Source: Candidatus Sungiibacteriota bacterium
GTDB taxonomy: Bacteria; Patescibacteriota; Minisyncoccia; Sungbacterales; SURF-37
Direction of reading: 5' to 3'
NCBI GenBank assembly: GCA_016186145.1
Contig: JACPMF010000002.1
Span: 82,473 to 146,472 of the forward strand
DNA: 64,000 nucleotides
Shown here: positions 10,541 through 19,762 of the stretch, piece by piece
How the letters are laid out: the number at the start of each line of letters is the position of its first letter
How positions within the stretch are numbered: the first letter of the stretch is position 1
Translations under genes and position numbers: made by a program
The notes under the pieces: generated by a model
Database searches by the model: none
What the model saw: the letters and a program-made list of their open reading frames with translations, nothing else
Told to the model about the DNA's origin: nothing

Positions 10541-10981
10541 ATGTGGAAGTTTACGGCAACCTATCGAACCAACCGATACCCCCAAGCACCAACCCCCATC
10601 ACACAACTCCAATTTGAAACCGGACTTGAATTCGTTGACCACCCGGCCGAAAGGATTGATATCTCAATTTATACTTTTCTGTTGAGCGATGCGGAGATCG
10701 CGCGCATACGCGTAAAAATCAGCGACCCCCATCTTTCTCGTCTTATTACCAAGGCAGACAAGCCCGCAAAAATTGTTTCCCTGTATCTGCGCCAGTTCGC
10801 CAATCAGCCACCGAATGAGCTTATCAGCGTCACTGCGACCCCAGAAGTCCTGCCCGAAGAACTAAGGGGGGCTCCTGATCTTGCAGTAAACTCGGCCACT
10901 TTTACCCCCCACGAAAACATCCCCAACTTCTGGCGCCCCGGAAACCCGCAGCTTTCAGATCCTTGGACGCGCGGGTGGTAA
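10541..10981 (+). CDS. Hypothetical protein (146 aa)
   Basis: SD aaGGAGaacgccATG upstream and a rho-independent terminator downstream. It sits between the divergent iscU and convergent iscS genes. Confidence 0.45.
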   Translation: MWKFTATYRTNRYPQAPTPITQLQFETGLEFVDHPAERIDISIYTFLLSDAEIARIRVKISDPHLSRLITKADKPAKIVSLYLRQFANQPPNELISVTATPEVLPEELRGAPDLAVNSATFTPHENIPNFWRPGNPQLSDPWTRGW

Positions 10982-11008
10982 AATAAACGTATACCGGCTC
11001 AATAAACC

Positions 11009-11034
11009 TCGACTCCCGTCGAGTTTTTTATTTG
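11009..11034 (+). terminator. Rho-independent terminator (CTCGACtcccGTCGAG + T-tract)
   Basis: Hairpin plus TTTTTTATTT; the T-tract overlaps the iscS stop codon. Confidence 0.65.
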
Positions 11035-12374
11035 TAATTTTTACCGCCGATCTTTACTTTCGACCCCTGCCCCGCAAACGCTTCCGGATGGGAAATTTCC
11101 TCCTGCCCAACCTCCATCCGCACCGGAGAAATTTTCCGCAGCGTTTCAACTACTCCCGGTAAAACTTTCATTACATAATCCAAATCTTCTTTTGTCGTCT
11201 GCTTGCCGAGCGTAAAACGAAACGAACCGTGGGCGTACTCATACGGCCGACCAATCGCAAGAATCACATGCGACGGATCAAGCGTGGTTGAGGTACACGC
11301 GGAACCGGTCGAGATCGAAATACCCTCCTTGTCCAAATACAATACCGCCGCCTCTCCTTCGATGTCGAGCACCGAAACGTTGATGTTATTTGGCAAGCGT
11401 TTTATCGGATGACCATTTAAAACAGTCTTCGGAATTTCTTTCAAAATCCGACCGATAAAGTAATCGCGGAGCTCGGCAAGCCGCGCGTTTTCTTTTTCAC
11501 GCCCTTCTTGAGCAAGTTCAAACGCTTTCGCAAAACCGATTATACCCGGGACATTTTCTGTTCCGGAACGCATATTATTTTCCTGCCCGCCGCCATAGAT
11601 CAGCGGCTTCAACCGAATACCTTTTTTTACAAACAAGCAACCAACCCCTTTGGGCCCGTACATTTTTGACCCGTTTATCGCGAGCAAATCAACACCGATT
11701 TTTTGAACATCCATCTCTAAAGTACCGGCGGCCTGACAAGCGTCGGTCAGGAAAAACGGAGGTTGTAGGTTGTAGGTTGTAGGTTGTAGGTTCTTCCCGT
11801 CTTGTGTCTTCTCTCTGCGGTATTCTTTTATAACTTTGGCAATTTCTTGAATCGGCTCAATGGTGCCGATTTCATTATTGGCATACATTATGGAAACGAG
11901 GATAGTATCGGGCCGCAATGCCTTCCTGACATCTTCAAGATCGACAAGGCCATATTCATCAACATCAAGATATGTCGCGTCGAAACCCTCTTTTTCAAGC
12001 GCCTCTATTGAATGAAGCACGGCATGATGCTCTATTTTTGAAGTAATCAGGTGCCCTCGCGACATGCCTTCCGCATCCGTATCCGCATCTATTCTCAAAT
12101 TCTTAAGAATTTGAGAATAGTGACGGGCTGCGCCAAAAATTGCAAGATTAATCGCCTCCGTACCGCCGCCGGTAAAAATAATCTCTTCCGGCTTACAATT
12201 CAAAAGCCGCGCTGTTGTTCTTCGCGCATCATCAAGGGCACCTTTGGCCCGCCGCCCTTGTCTATACAAACTTGAAGGATTGCCATATTCTCCCCTCCAA
12301 TACAACTCCATCGCCTCTTTAACGCGGGGGTCTAAATAAGTTGTTGCCGCATGGTCTAGATAAACTTCTCGCAT
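11028..12374 (-). CDS. iscS: Cysteine desulfurase (IscS/NifS class), carrying two in-frame insertions
   Basis: PLP-dependent class V aminotransferase fold with SGSACTS active-site cysteine. Relative to E. coli IscS it has about 16 extra aa (SQILKNLRIDADTDAEG) and about 15 extra aa (EKTQDGKNLQPTTYNLQPP), encoded by a palindrome and a tandem 7-mer repeat respectively. Confidence 0.9.
   Translation of the reverse strand: MREVYLDHAATTYLDPRVKEAMELYWRGEYGNPSSLYRQGRRAKGALDDARRTTARLLNCKPEEIIFTGGGTEAINLAIFGAARHYSQILKNLRIDADTDAEGMSRGHLITSKIEHHAVLHSIEALEKEGFDATYLDVDEYGLVDLEDVRKALRPDTILVSIMYANNEIGTIEPIQEIAKVIKEYRREKTQDGKNLQPTTYNLQPPFFLTDACQAAGTLEMDVQKIGVDLLAINGSKMYGPKGVGCLFVKKGIRLKPLIYGGGQENNMRSGTENVPGIIGFAKAFELAQEGREKENARLAELRDYFIGRILKEIPKTVLNGHPIKRLPNNINVSVLDIEGEAAVLYLDKEGISISTGSACTSTTLDPSHVILAIGRPYEYAHGSFRFTLGKQTTKEDLDYVMKVLPGVVETLRKISPVRMEVGQEEISHPEAFAGQGSKVKIGGKNYK
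11758..11795. repeat. Tandem 7-bp repeat (GGTTGTA x4 plus partial) inside the iscS coding sequence
   Basis: ggaggttgtaggttgtaggttgtaggttgtaggttctt; read on the minus strand it encodes LQPTTYNLQPP. Confidence 0.85.
12089..12120. repeat. 32-bp perfect palindrome CTATTCTCAAATTCTTAAGAATTTGAGAATAG embedded in-frame in iscS
   Basis: Self-complementary across all 32 bp; encodes YSQILKNLRI within the iscS insertion. A second copy lies at 32497-32528. Confidence 0.9.
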
Positions 12375-12451
12375 CTTGAATAATTTATATAGTTTGTGAT
12401 ATTATTTTTCTACACAGTCAGCACCTTAACAACGCGCAAAAGGAGAACAAA

Positions 12452-12658
12452 ATGATATCATCTTTTCTCTTCTGGTGGGGCTTGGGGGCTTCTGCGATGA
12501 CGACTATTTTAATAATTCTCTCCGCCGTTTCTGTGGCAACCGGCAGAAGTAATTCTGTTTTAGGAATTGGCTATGAACACGAAAAAGATTTCTGGATGAT
12601 TGGAATGCCGGCGCTTTTCTTCCTCGGAAGCATTGCCGCCAAACTCGTTGGCTGGTAA
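12452..12658 (+). CDS. Small membrane protein (68 aa)
   Basis: SD aaaaGGAGaacaaaATG and two hydrophobic helices. Confidence 0.45.
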   Translation: MISSFLFWWGLGASAMTTILIILSAVSVATGRSNSVLGIGYEHEKDFWMIGMPALFFLGSIAAKLVGW

Positions 12659-12673
12659 GGATCACTGAAATGC

Positions 12674-12799
12674 TAACCCGGAGAAGCGGGCGACGAGTTA
12701 ACCTGGCGGTATTCACAATCAACATCCTCGTATTCACGGCAACAATCCTGATTATGGCTATCGCTGAAATATACTTCTCACACGGCTGGTAGCATACCA
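12674..12799 (+). CDS. Small membrane protein (41 aa), not in the ORF track
   Basis: Hand-translated: MLTRRSGRRVNLAVFTINILVFTATILIMAIAEIYFSHGW, followed directly by a terminator. Confidence 0.3.
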
Positions 12800-12812
12800 G
12801 CCGCTTTTTTTA
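12784..12812 (+). terminator. Rho-independent terminator (GGCTGGTagcatACCAGCC + T7)
   Basis: Perfect 7-bp stem followed by gcTTTTTTT. Confidence 0.7.
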
Positions 12813-12910
12813 CCCGCGAAACAGAACACCATCGAATAATAAGGATTATATAGAAACGCAAACTATTCTGCAAAGAGGTTTTTCGGGACAAAAAGGAGTA
12901 AAATCAAACT

Positions 12911-14158
12911 ATGCCGGAAGAAAAATCTTCAACAATCAATAAGGCGGCTCCGGAAAAGAAAACGTCGTGGCTTTCACGAAACGTCATCTCCATGGGCTTT
13001 GTCAGCTTTTTGAACGATCTTTCCTCGGATATGATTTTCCCGTTCATCCCGATCTTCCTGACCTCAACGCTCGGCGCTTCATTAACATTCGTCGGCTTAA
13101 TCGAAGGGCTTGCCGATGCAACAGCCAGCATCTTAAAAATCGCTTCGGGGCGAATTTCTGACAAAGCCCAAAAAAGAAAACCATTTGCGGTTTTCGGCTA
13201 TTCACTTTCTGCGGTCGCCAAACCGATGCTTGCTTTCGCCCTCCTTCCATGGCACGTGCTTGCCGTCAGATTTCTTGATCGCGTTGGAAAAGGAACACGC
13301 GACGCTCCGCGAGACGCGCTCATCAGTTTCTCCGTTGATAAAAAACTCTACGGCCGCGCATTCGGTTTCCATCGCGGCATGGATACGCTGGGTGCCGCCC
13401 TTGGGCCGCTCGCCGCGTTTCTCATCCTGCCGCTTATCGACAATAACCTCCGCACTCTTTTTCTTTTATCATTTATAGCAAGCTTTTTTGCCGTGCTGAT
13501 CGTTATATTTTTTGTACGCGAGGTACACTCAAACCATATCGCCCCTCTTGAATTAAAACGGATGGGCATAAAGGAACTGGGGACTCCGTTTTTCATTTTT
13601 TTAGGCATCGCAACATTCTTCTCGCTTGGCAAGGCCTCTGACGCATTCTTAATCCTACAGGCGCGCGAGATAGGAATTGCCCTCGTCCTCCTGCCCATCC
13701 TTTATTTTGCCGCGAACATTACCTTTGCCCTCTTTTCAACACCTCTCGGGATGCTCGGCGACCGAATCGGAAAACGCTGGGTATTTACCGTCGGGCTCGC
13801 CGTCCTGGGAGCGACCTATTTCGGATTTGCTTTCCTGAAAACCTCTTCGGCAATATGGATGCTCTTCATTTTTTACGGAATATATCAGGCTCTTACCGAA
13901 GGCGTTGCAAAAGCCATCGTTGCCGATCTTGTGCGGCCGGAAATTCGCGGAACCGCGTATGGATTTTTCAACGCATTCACCGGAGCAGCCCTCCTTCCGG
14001 GAAGCATTATTTTCGGATTCCTTGCCGAACGCTTCGGCGCGCCACTTGCCTTCTCGTACGCCGCATCAATTGTGCTCATAGCTGCTTTACTATTCACTGC
14101 AATAAGAATTTTTGGTTTTATCCGATCCAAAAATATGAATATATTCCAATATTCTTAA
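12911..14158 (+). CDS. MFS transporter
   Basis: 415 aa with 12 predicted TM helices and MFS motifs (GxLaDrxGrkR-like RISDKAQKRKP). Confidence 0.85.
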   Translation: MPEEKSSTINKAAPEKKTSWLSRNVISMGFVSFLNDLSSDMIFPFIPIFLTSTLGASLTFVGLIEGLADATASILKIASGRISDKAQKRKPFAVFGYSLSAVAKPMLAFALLPWHVLAVRFLDRVGKGTRDAPRDALISFSVDKKLYGRAFGFHRGMDTLGAALGPLAAFLILPLIDNNLRTLFLLSFIASFFAVLIVIFFVREVHSNHIAPLELKRMGIKELGTPFFIFLGIATFFSLGKASDAFLILQAREIGIALVLLPILYFAANITFALFSTPLGMLGDRIGKRWVFTVGLAVLGATYFGFAFLKTSSAIWMLFIFYGIYQALTEGVAKAIVADLVRPEIRGTAYGFFNAFTGAALLPGSIIFGFLAERFGAPLAFSYAASIVLIAALLFTAIRIFGFIRSKNMNIFQYS

Positions 14159-14220
14159 ACCATGCCCTTGACAAAATAAAGTGGGAAACGTACTCTTTTC
14201 AAAGAAAGGAGGTGATTTTT

Positions 14221-14433
14221 ATGTTCGGAAGAGTGCTGTGTCTTTTTGGGCAACACAAAACCGAAGCGATAGAAAAGGACCAGAGTTTTATAGACAAGAA
14301 CCGGTGTGTTCCTGGTGGATCGCGCTGTGTTCGCAAGGATTGCGGGTGGAAGATAAACCCAATTCAGAACCCGCCCGCCAAGGTAAACCCCGCACCAGAC
14401 CGCTATATACAAATCCGGATGGTTGTTCTTTAA
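14221..14433 (+). CDS. Small Cys-rich protein (70 aa), hypothetical
   Basis: Strong SD (aaGGAGGTGAtttttATG) and a TTGACA-N17-TACTCT promoter-like sequence at about 14168. Four Cys (C-x21-C-x6-C-x4-C). It sits in the frame of the 13855..14433 track ORF. Confidence 0.4.
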   Translation: MFGRVLCLFGQHKTEAIEKDQSFIDKNRCVPGGSRCVRKDCGWKINPIQNPPAKVNPAPDRYIQIRMVVL

Positions 14434-14456
14434 TAGAACTAAGGGGGGATAATACA

Positions 14457-14615
14457 ATGCTCGAAGTCAGAAAATTCATGCCTGCCATGAGCAGTTTCAA
14501 GGTGCTTTTTTCGGGATATGTTATGGAGGCTGTCGAGTTTTTCAAGAATCTTCCGCCGACAGAACGCGAACAGAGCTTCCTATTCTATGCCGGCGACGGC
14601 ACCGAAGGGGTCTAA
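14457..14615 (+). CDS. Small protein (52 aa), hypothetical
   Basis: SD aaGGGGGGataatacaATG; sequence MLEVRKFMPAMSSFKVLFSGYVMEAVEFFKNLPPTEREQSFLFYAGDGTEGV, with a terminator right after. Confidence 0.35.
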   Translation: MLEVRKFMPAMSSFKVLFSGYVMEAVEFFKNLPPTEREQSFLFYAGDGTEGV

Positions 14616-14626
14616 TACAAACACAG

Positions 14627-14649
14627 AGCTGCCAACGGGCAGTTTTTTT
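14627..14649 (+). terminator. Rho-independent terminator (CTGCCaacgGGCAG + T7)
   Basis: Hairpin plus tttttttaaa. Confidence 0.6.
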
Positions 14650-14837
14650 AAACCCAAAAAGTCCAAGAGTATGACCTTGGGTCTATAGGTCTAAACCGAG
14701 ACAAAGTCAACACCACGATCAAGAATAGTTGACAAGGTAACTTCAATTTTATATACATTGATTACCGAGCCGAATCCGAAAGGATTTCAATGGCAAAAGG
14801 CCATTTGGGCTCGGAAAAACATATTCCGAGGAGGGAA

Positions 14838-15498
14838 TATGGCAGACGAAACGACCGAGGAAAAAAAAGTACCTTCAAAAACACAAGAAGAAAAGTATTG
14901 GTACGGAATTACGAATGTTGATAAAAACTTGGGGCTGTTCCAAATCCCAAACTCCTATTTGTTGTCCTGGTGGGTGAAACCGAAGAATGTGGAACCGAAT
15001 GAAGGATGGAAATACGACCGTTATTTACTCGCACAAGCCGATGCCGCCCTCCAAGCTTCTCTTCGAGACGGCGTAGCTAAACTGCATAGATCGTTTAAAA
15101 ATCGCGAAGATCTGGACGATTTTCTGCGGGGTATAATCTTAAAAATCAGTTTGGCTGGCTTCAATCCCGATGCATGCAGCGCAATTATAGACTTTACTCG
15201 TACTTCTTTACCGCAACTCTCCGGTAAGCAGATGCGCGATGCTTTTGCGATGGGATCCTATGTATCGCACTGGGAAGAAAACTACGGAGTATATTTTGGT
15301 TTTTCCAATAACCCGTTGGTATACAATGGTCATGAATGGAGAAAACCGGAAGATCTTGGAGGTATGTATTATGAACGAATGCGCGCGGAACATCCGCTTG
15401 TAATTTACTGGAAAATTCCGCAATCACATCTGGGGCTGGTTATTCATCCGGATTTTCACCCGGATTATAAATTGACCATGACAGATTACCCGGGATAA
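14838..15498 (+). CDS. Hypothetical protein (220 aa)
   Basis: SD gaGGAGGgaatATG with a TTGACA-N17-TATACA promoter-like sequence at about 14729, and its own terminator. No recognised domain (W/Y-rich). Confidence 0.55.
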
Positions 15499-15513
15499 TA
15501 TCGATCCTTTAAA

Positions 15514-15540
15514 CCGCTAGCACAGTCTAGCGGCTTTTTC
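15514..15540 (+). terminator. Rho-independent terminator (CCGCTAGcacagtCTAGCGG + CTTTTTC)
   Basis: Perfect 7-bp stem plus T-tract. Confidence 0.65.
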
Positions 15541-15644
15541 ATAAAATGAGGAAAATTTGTCCGCATCGGAGCTGGAAAATTTTTGGGATAACGAGCGTGA
15601 TTTATTTACGCCGCAGGATAAAAAATTCCGGCATGCGGCCAGCA

Positions 15645-17294
15645 TCACTTTTTTACAATATGATCCAATGCGTATTCAAGCGCCGCCTCTGTCTTTTTTC
15701 CGGGATTAAAAATTCCGTCGGTGTCAAAAACCCGCTTTGTCTCCTCAAAAAGCCGGAAAACTTCATCGCCGTACATCATCCGCAGGAACGCGCCACGGAT
15801 TAAACCGTCGTTATGCTCCCCGGACATTGAACCGCCGAATTCAAAAACCAGTTTATATACTTCCCCGGAAAGATTTTTTATGGTCTGCCGGACATCGGGG
15901 CTCGCCAAATTCATAAGAGGAATGATGTGAAAATTCCCGTCACCAACATGTCCCGCAACGGTGTAAACCAAATTGTATTTATCAAGAATTCCGTAAAGCC
16001 GCGGCAAAAACTCCGGGAGACGATTCGGCTCGATCACAAAATCATCGATAAAAGGGGCGGTCCGAAGGCCTTTCACGTGATGCCGCAAAATATTATAGCT
16101 TTCCCTTCTCAAGGTCCAGTATTTTTTTGCCTCTCGCTCGCTTCTCGTCACCCGAACCGGAAAACCAAAAGAAAGGATGTCTTTTTTCGCCTCCTCGGCC
16201 TTCCGTGTTGCCTCTTCCGGAGTATCTCCGGTAAATTCAGCAATAAGAACAAGTTTCGGAATACCGCCGGTCAAGACCATTCTGAATTCCGGAAGAAAAT
16301 CGATAGCGAGGCGAAGCAGGCTGGCATGAAAACTTTTCGCAACCGCAGGAAAAAACTTCAACGCAACCTTGAATGTGTTATCGTCGTATGATTCAAAACT
16401 CTCCGGATGGTGCTCCAAAACCCTGCCACAAATGCCGGCGAGGGCGGAAACCGACGGGAGAAAAATAACCAGGAGGCGGGAATGAAGCTTCGGCCGGATC
16501 AGCTTAAATTTTATTTCCGTAATAATACCGAGCGTCCCCTGTGAGCCGACAAAAACTCTCGACAAGTTAAACGTTCCGGCAGATTTATCATAAATATCCC
16601 ATAAGAGATAGCCGGTCGAATTTTTTGAGACCTTCGGCTTCGCCGTTCTTAAAACTTCGGCATGATTCTCAACAAGATCTGCGATCTTTTTATACACCGT
16701 GCCCTCAAACGACGCTTCTTGTTTTTTCTCTTCCAGTTCTTGCATGGAAAGCGGCCGGAAAACATGCTCTTCGCCGTCCGCAAGCACCACTTTCAGCTCC
16801 TCGACGTATTGATCGGTTTTACCGTATGAGAGAGATTTTTCGCCGCCGGCATTATTTGCCACCATGCCGCCAAGAGCGCACATTTCCCGGGATGCCGGGT
16901 AACTTGGCAACAAAAAGCCCCGCGCAAGGGTTTCTTTTTCGAAATCACGGTAAAAGACGCCGGGTTCAGCAACGGCATAACCATCCCCGATTTCTTTTAT
17001 CCGATTCATATACTTTGTAACGTCAACAACAATCGACGAAGAAAGCGGACCGCCGCTCATATCAGTCCCCGCCGAACGCGGCGTCAACGATATGCCAACA
17101 CCATGTCTCTTCTGTTCGTTCACAAACTTCACCAGATTTTTAATATCCCCGCTGTCCTTCGGGAAGACGACAATTTCCGGACGCACCTCAAACAAACTCG
17201 CATCGCGGCTGTATCTTGTAAGCGTTTCTGCATCCGTATTCACGTCGCCTTTGAAAAATTCTTTAATTTTTAATACAAGGTCCTGCGAAGCCAT
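15645..17294 (-). CDS. FAD-linked oxidase (GlcD / D-lactate dehydrogenase-like, FAD_binding_4 + C-terminal domain)
   Basis: 549 aa. The N-terminal PCMH-type FAD-binding region (VVFPKDSGDIKNLVKFVNEQKRHGVGISLTPRSAGT) plus the C-terminal FAD-oxidase domain. Confidence 0.8.
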   Translation of the reverse strand: MASQDLVLKIKEFFKGDVNTDAETLTRYSRDASLFEVRPEIVVFPKDSGDIKNLVKFVNEQKRHGVGISLTPRSAGTDMSGGPLSSSIVVDVTKYMNRIKEIGDGYAVAEPGVFYRDFEKETLARGFLLPSYPASREMCALGGMVANNAGGEKSLSYGKTDQYVEELKVVLADGEEHVFRPLSMQELEEKKQEASFEGTVYKKIADLVENHAEVLRTAKPKVSKNSTGYLLWDIYDKSAGTFNLSRVFVGSQGTLGIITEIKFKLIRPKLHSRLLVIFLPSVSALAGICGRVLEHHPESFESYDDNTFKVALKFFPAVAKSFHASLLRLAIDFLPEFRMVLTGGIPKLVLIAEFTGDTPEEATRKAEEAKKDILSFGFPVRVTRSEREAKKYWTLRRESYNILRHHVKGLRTAPFIDDFVIEPNRLPEFLPRLYGILDKYNLVYTVAGHVGDGNFHIIPLMNLASPDVRQTIKNLSGEVYKLVFEFGGSMSGEHNDGLIRGAFLRMMYGDEVFRLFEETKRVFDTDGIFNPGKKTEAALEYALDHIVKK

Positions 17295-17380
17295 GTTGTC
17301 TTGATTATAACCCGTGCCGCGAATGAAACAAAAACCGTTCCGGCTCTAAGCCGGAACGGTTTTCACGAAAAGACATTCTT

Positions 17381-17665
17381 TTACAGCTGGTTGATATCTT
17401 GATCAAGCGCGTCGAGCTCCGAATCAACATTTCCCAAATCAACCGTCTCAAGGTCCTGCCCGATATCCGCCGTTGTATCCCCGCCGCTTAGCGGCTCCTG
17501 CATCTCACCGGAAGTTGGCGCCTTATCCGAAGTTGGCGCGAGGCGATACATATACCACCAGCCCAAAACAGCTGCGACAATCACTACCGCGGCAACAACC
17601 CACACGACCCGCTTATTTTTTGAAGATACCATTGACGATGACAGATTAGATTGCATTGATTCCAT
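17381..17665 (-). CDS. Membrane-anchored acidic protein, hypothetical
   Basis: TM helix (VVWVVAAVVIVAAVLGWWYMY) followed by an acidic D/E-rich tail. Confidence 0.45.
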   Translation of the reverse strand: MESMQSNLSSSMVSSKNKRVVWVVAAVVIVAAVLGWWYMYRLAPTSDKAPTSGEMQEPLSGGDTTADIGQDLETVDLGNVDSELDALDQDINQL

Positions 17666-17687
17666 ATGTTTTTCTGATGAAGTTAAA

Positions 17688-18608
17688 TTATTGCCCTGAA
17701 CTAGTCTCTGCGGCCGGCGTAGTCGTTGCCTCTTCCGGCTCTTCGTCTACTTTCGGAATCCCCGCGAGCGCCCGTGCCGCTTGGTGGACGGCGTCTCGCG
17801 CAGCTTTGACAACGCCATCGCGGACTGCCGTCAGGTCTTTTTTCAGCTGTTCTTTGGCTTGCTGAAAAGCAATACGCAGCTCTTCTTCAGAGGCAAATGT
17901 AACCGTATAAACTTTTCCGACCTGCGCCTGAACGGCAACACGCGCATTTGCAATGGCTGTTCTTGCCGCGGCAATTGCGCTTTCTGCCACGCTCACATCT
18001 TTACCGAGCGAAACGGCTTTTTCGCGACGCAGTTGAATTTTACCCAGGATTTCGTCAAGCCGATCAAGCGCGTTTGCAAAATGACTTGTCCAGCGCTCAT
18101 TCAAACGATTCAACTGTTCTTCAAGACGGACGGCAGTTGCTTTTTTCCGCTCGTCTTTCAGTATTTCCAATTTCTTTTGTAGCTCTTCTCGCGCATTCGC
18201 TATGCGTTCTTTTGCTTCCCCGCGCACCATTTCGATCTTTCTCTTCGCTTCTTCTCGTTTTGTCTCAAACGCTCGTTTAAGTTCTTCCCGTTTCACCTCT
18301 ATTACTTCACGGGCATCCGAAACACTCTTCGTCCCCGCACGAACTTCTTGGCGAACCCCTTTGGCTTCGGTTCTTACCTCCTGCCGCAAGTTTTTCGCGT
18401 CAGTCCGTGTCTCTTGCCGAATATCCCCCGCTTCCTTGCGCGCCCCCTGACGAACATCTTTTACCTCCATCCGCTGTTCTTGAAGAACAGCCCCTCTTGT
18501 TTCTTGCGCAATTTCATCTTCGCTGTGCGCAAGCGCGACAAAAGCAAACCCGCCGATCAAAACGCCGGCGCTAACGACAATTTGTGTAATTTTGTTTATT
18601 CTTTTCAT
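17688..18608 (-). CDS. Secreted coiled-coil repeat protein (R/E/K-rich degenerate repeats)
   Basis: Signal peptide MKRINKITQIVVSAGVLIGGFAFVALA, then repeats of xxRQExRxxAKxx and long coiled-coil heptads. The track ORF extends to 18644 with the alternative start MENQ. Confidence 0.6.
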   Translation of the reverse strand: MKRINKITQIVVSAGVLIGGFAFVALAHSEDEIAQETRGAVLQEQRMEVKDVRQGARKEAGDIRQETRTDAKNLRQEVRTEAKGVRQEVRAGTKSVSDAREVIEVKREELKRAFETKREEAKRKIEMVRGEAKERIANAREELQKKLEILKDERKKATAVRLEEQLNRLNERWTSHFANALDRLDEILGKIQLRREKAVSLGKDVSVAESAIAAARTAIANARVAVQAQVGKVYTVTFASEEELRIAFQQAKEQLKKDLTAVRDGVVKAARDAVHQAARALAGIPKVDEEPEEATTTPAAETSSGQ

Positions 18609-18662
18609 AATAATAAATGTTAACAAAAATAGCTGATTTTCCAAAACGGTTTATCCACAAGG

Positions 18663-19118
18663 TTATTTTCTGCTTAACACGAGCATGCCGAGAATAAAAA
18701 GCGCAACCGAGGATACGGCAGAAACTATGCAATAAAAACAAATTGCCCGTATGACAAATACCTGAAGATAAAGGAACCAAAGCGCCGCGATAAAACCGAC
18801 AAACGTAAAGCGAGCCGCATAAGACAAAACAGCTCTCCGTTTTGTATCAATAAACGCCGCAGTCAATACAAAAATAACCGTATAGTAGATGGACCCGAGC
18901 AAAGCAACCGGCACGCCGTACACGACGGCATAACGGCTCGTTAACACCCTCTCACACCCCTGAATAATCGAGCAGGAAACAGGCGAACCGGAATAATGCT
19001 TTACAGCAAGATACGTCGCGTCAACAAAACCTGCTGCGCTGACAATAAGAAAGGCATATACAATCCATTTAGGGATTTTGCTCGATTGCTTTTCTAATGA
19101 TTGTTCTAAATTCATCAT
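18663..19118 (-). CDS. Vitamin K epoxide reductase (VKOR) family protein
   Basis: Four to five TM helices, loop cysteines (SCSIIQGC) and a CFYC active-site motif in a TM helix. Confidence 0.75.
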   Translation of the reverse strand: MMNLEQSLEKQSSKIPKWIVYAFLIVSAAGFVDATYLAVKHYSGSPVSCSIIQGCERVLTSRYAVVYGVPVALLGSIYYTVIFVLTAAFIDTKRRAVLSYAARFTFVGFIAALWFLYLQVFVIRAICFYCIVSAVSSVALFILGMLVLSRK

Positions 19119-19713
19119 AGCTTCTGGGGTTTTGGAGCTTCTGCCCGTTCAAAAAAAATGTCGGCGTAGAATTCACGCCGGAATCAAAACCGCCCCGATA
19201 ATCATCGGCAACCTTTGAGATAACTCCGCTCGAATCAATGTCTTGCGAAAACCGCTCTAAATCGAGGCCGAGCGTTTCAGCATACTGCCGAAACAATTCA
19301 CGCGCGTTTTTCTCCGAAGCCCACTCAGACTGCTTTTCAAAAATAATATCATGCATCTCCCAAAACTTTCCTTGCCTTCCCGCCGCCTCGGCAGCCCGGG
19401 CGGCCAATTCTGCATTACGGTGAATTTGTGAAAGAGGAAAATGACGGTAAACAAATTGAGCGTCATCCGCGAATTCTTTAGCGGCCTCTTTTACCAACGG
19501 GTAATACGCCGCACAAGCCGGACACTGGAAATCGCTATACTCAACCAAAACAACTTTTGATTCTTTACTGCCTTTCATGTTATCGCCCGAAAAAACCGCG
19601 CTAATCAACGCGGCTCCCCCACCGCCGGAAGAATTTTGCAGAAGCTTCACCATGCCAAAAACGGCCCCTCCGATAAAGACAAAAACAGAAAGCCAAAAAA
19701 TAATACGTCTCAT
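19069..19713 (-). CDS. DsbA-like thioredoxin-fold thiol-disulfide oxidoreductase
   Basis: CPAC active site (YSDFQCPACAAY) with an N-terminal TM/signal. It overlaps VKOR by 50 nt, forming the classic VKOR-DsbA pair. Confidence 0.8.
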   Translation of the reverse strand: MRRIIFWLSVFVFIGGAVFGMVKLLQNSSGGGGAALISAVFSGDNMKGSKESKVVLVEYSDFQCPACAAYYPLVKEAAKEFADDAQFVYRHFPLSQIHRNAELAARAAEAAGRQGKFWEMHDIIFEKQSEWASEKNARELFRQYAETLGLDLERFSQDIDSSGVISKVADDYRGGFDSGVNSTPTFFLNGQKLQNPRSYDEFRTIIRKAIEQNP

Positions 19714-19762
19714 AAAAACAATTCTACACGATTTTCAAAAATTTCCAACCCGCCCTTAAACA

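Noticed and set aside
13855-14433. 192-aa track ORF overlapping the MFS transporter 3' end
   Set aside because: Its first 120 aa are out of frame with the well-supported MFS gene. Only the last 70 aa (from the SD-preceded ATG at 14221) were kept.
14181-14615. Single 144-aa track ORF spanning the small-protein region
   Set aside because: There is no RBS at its start. It contains an in-frame strong SD+ATG at 14457, and a separate strong SD+ATG at 14221 in another frame, so it was split into two small genes instead.
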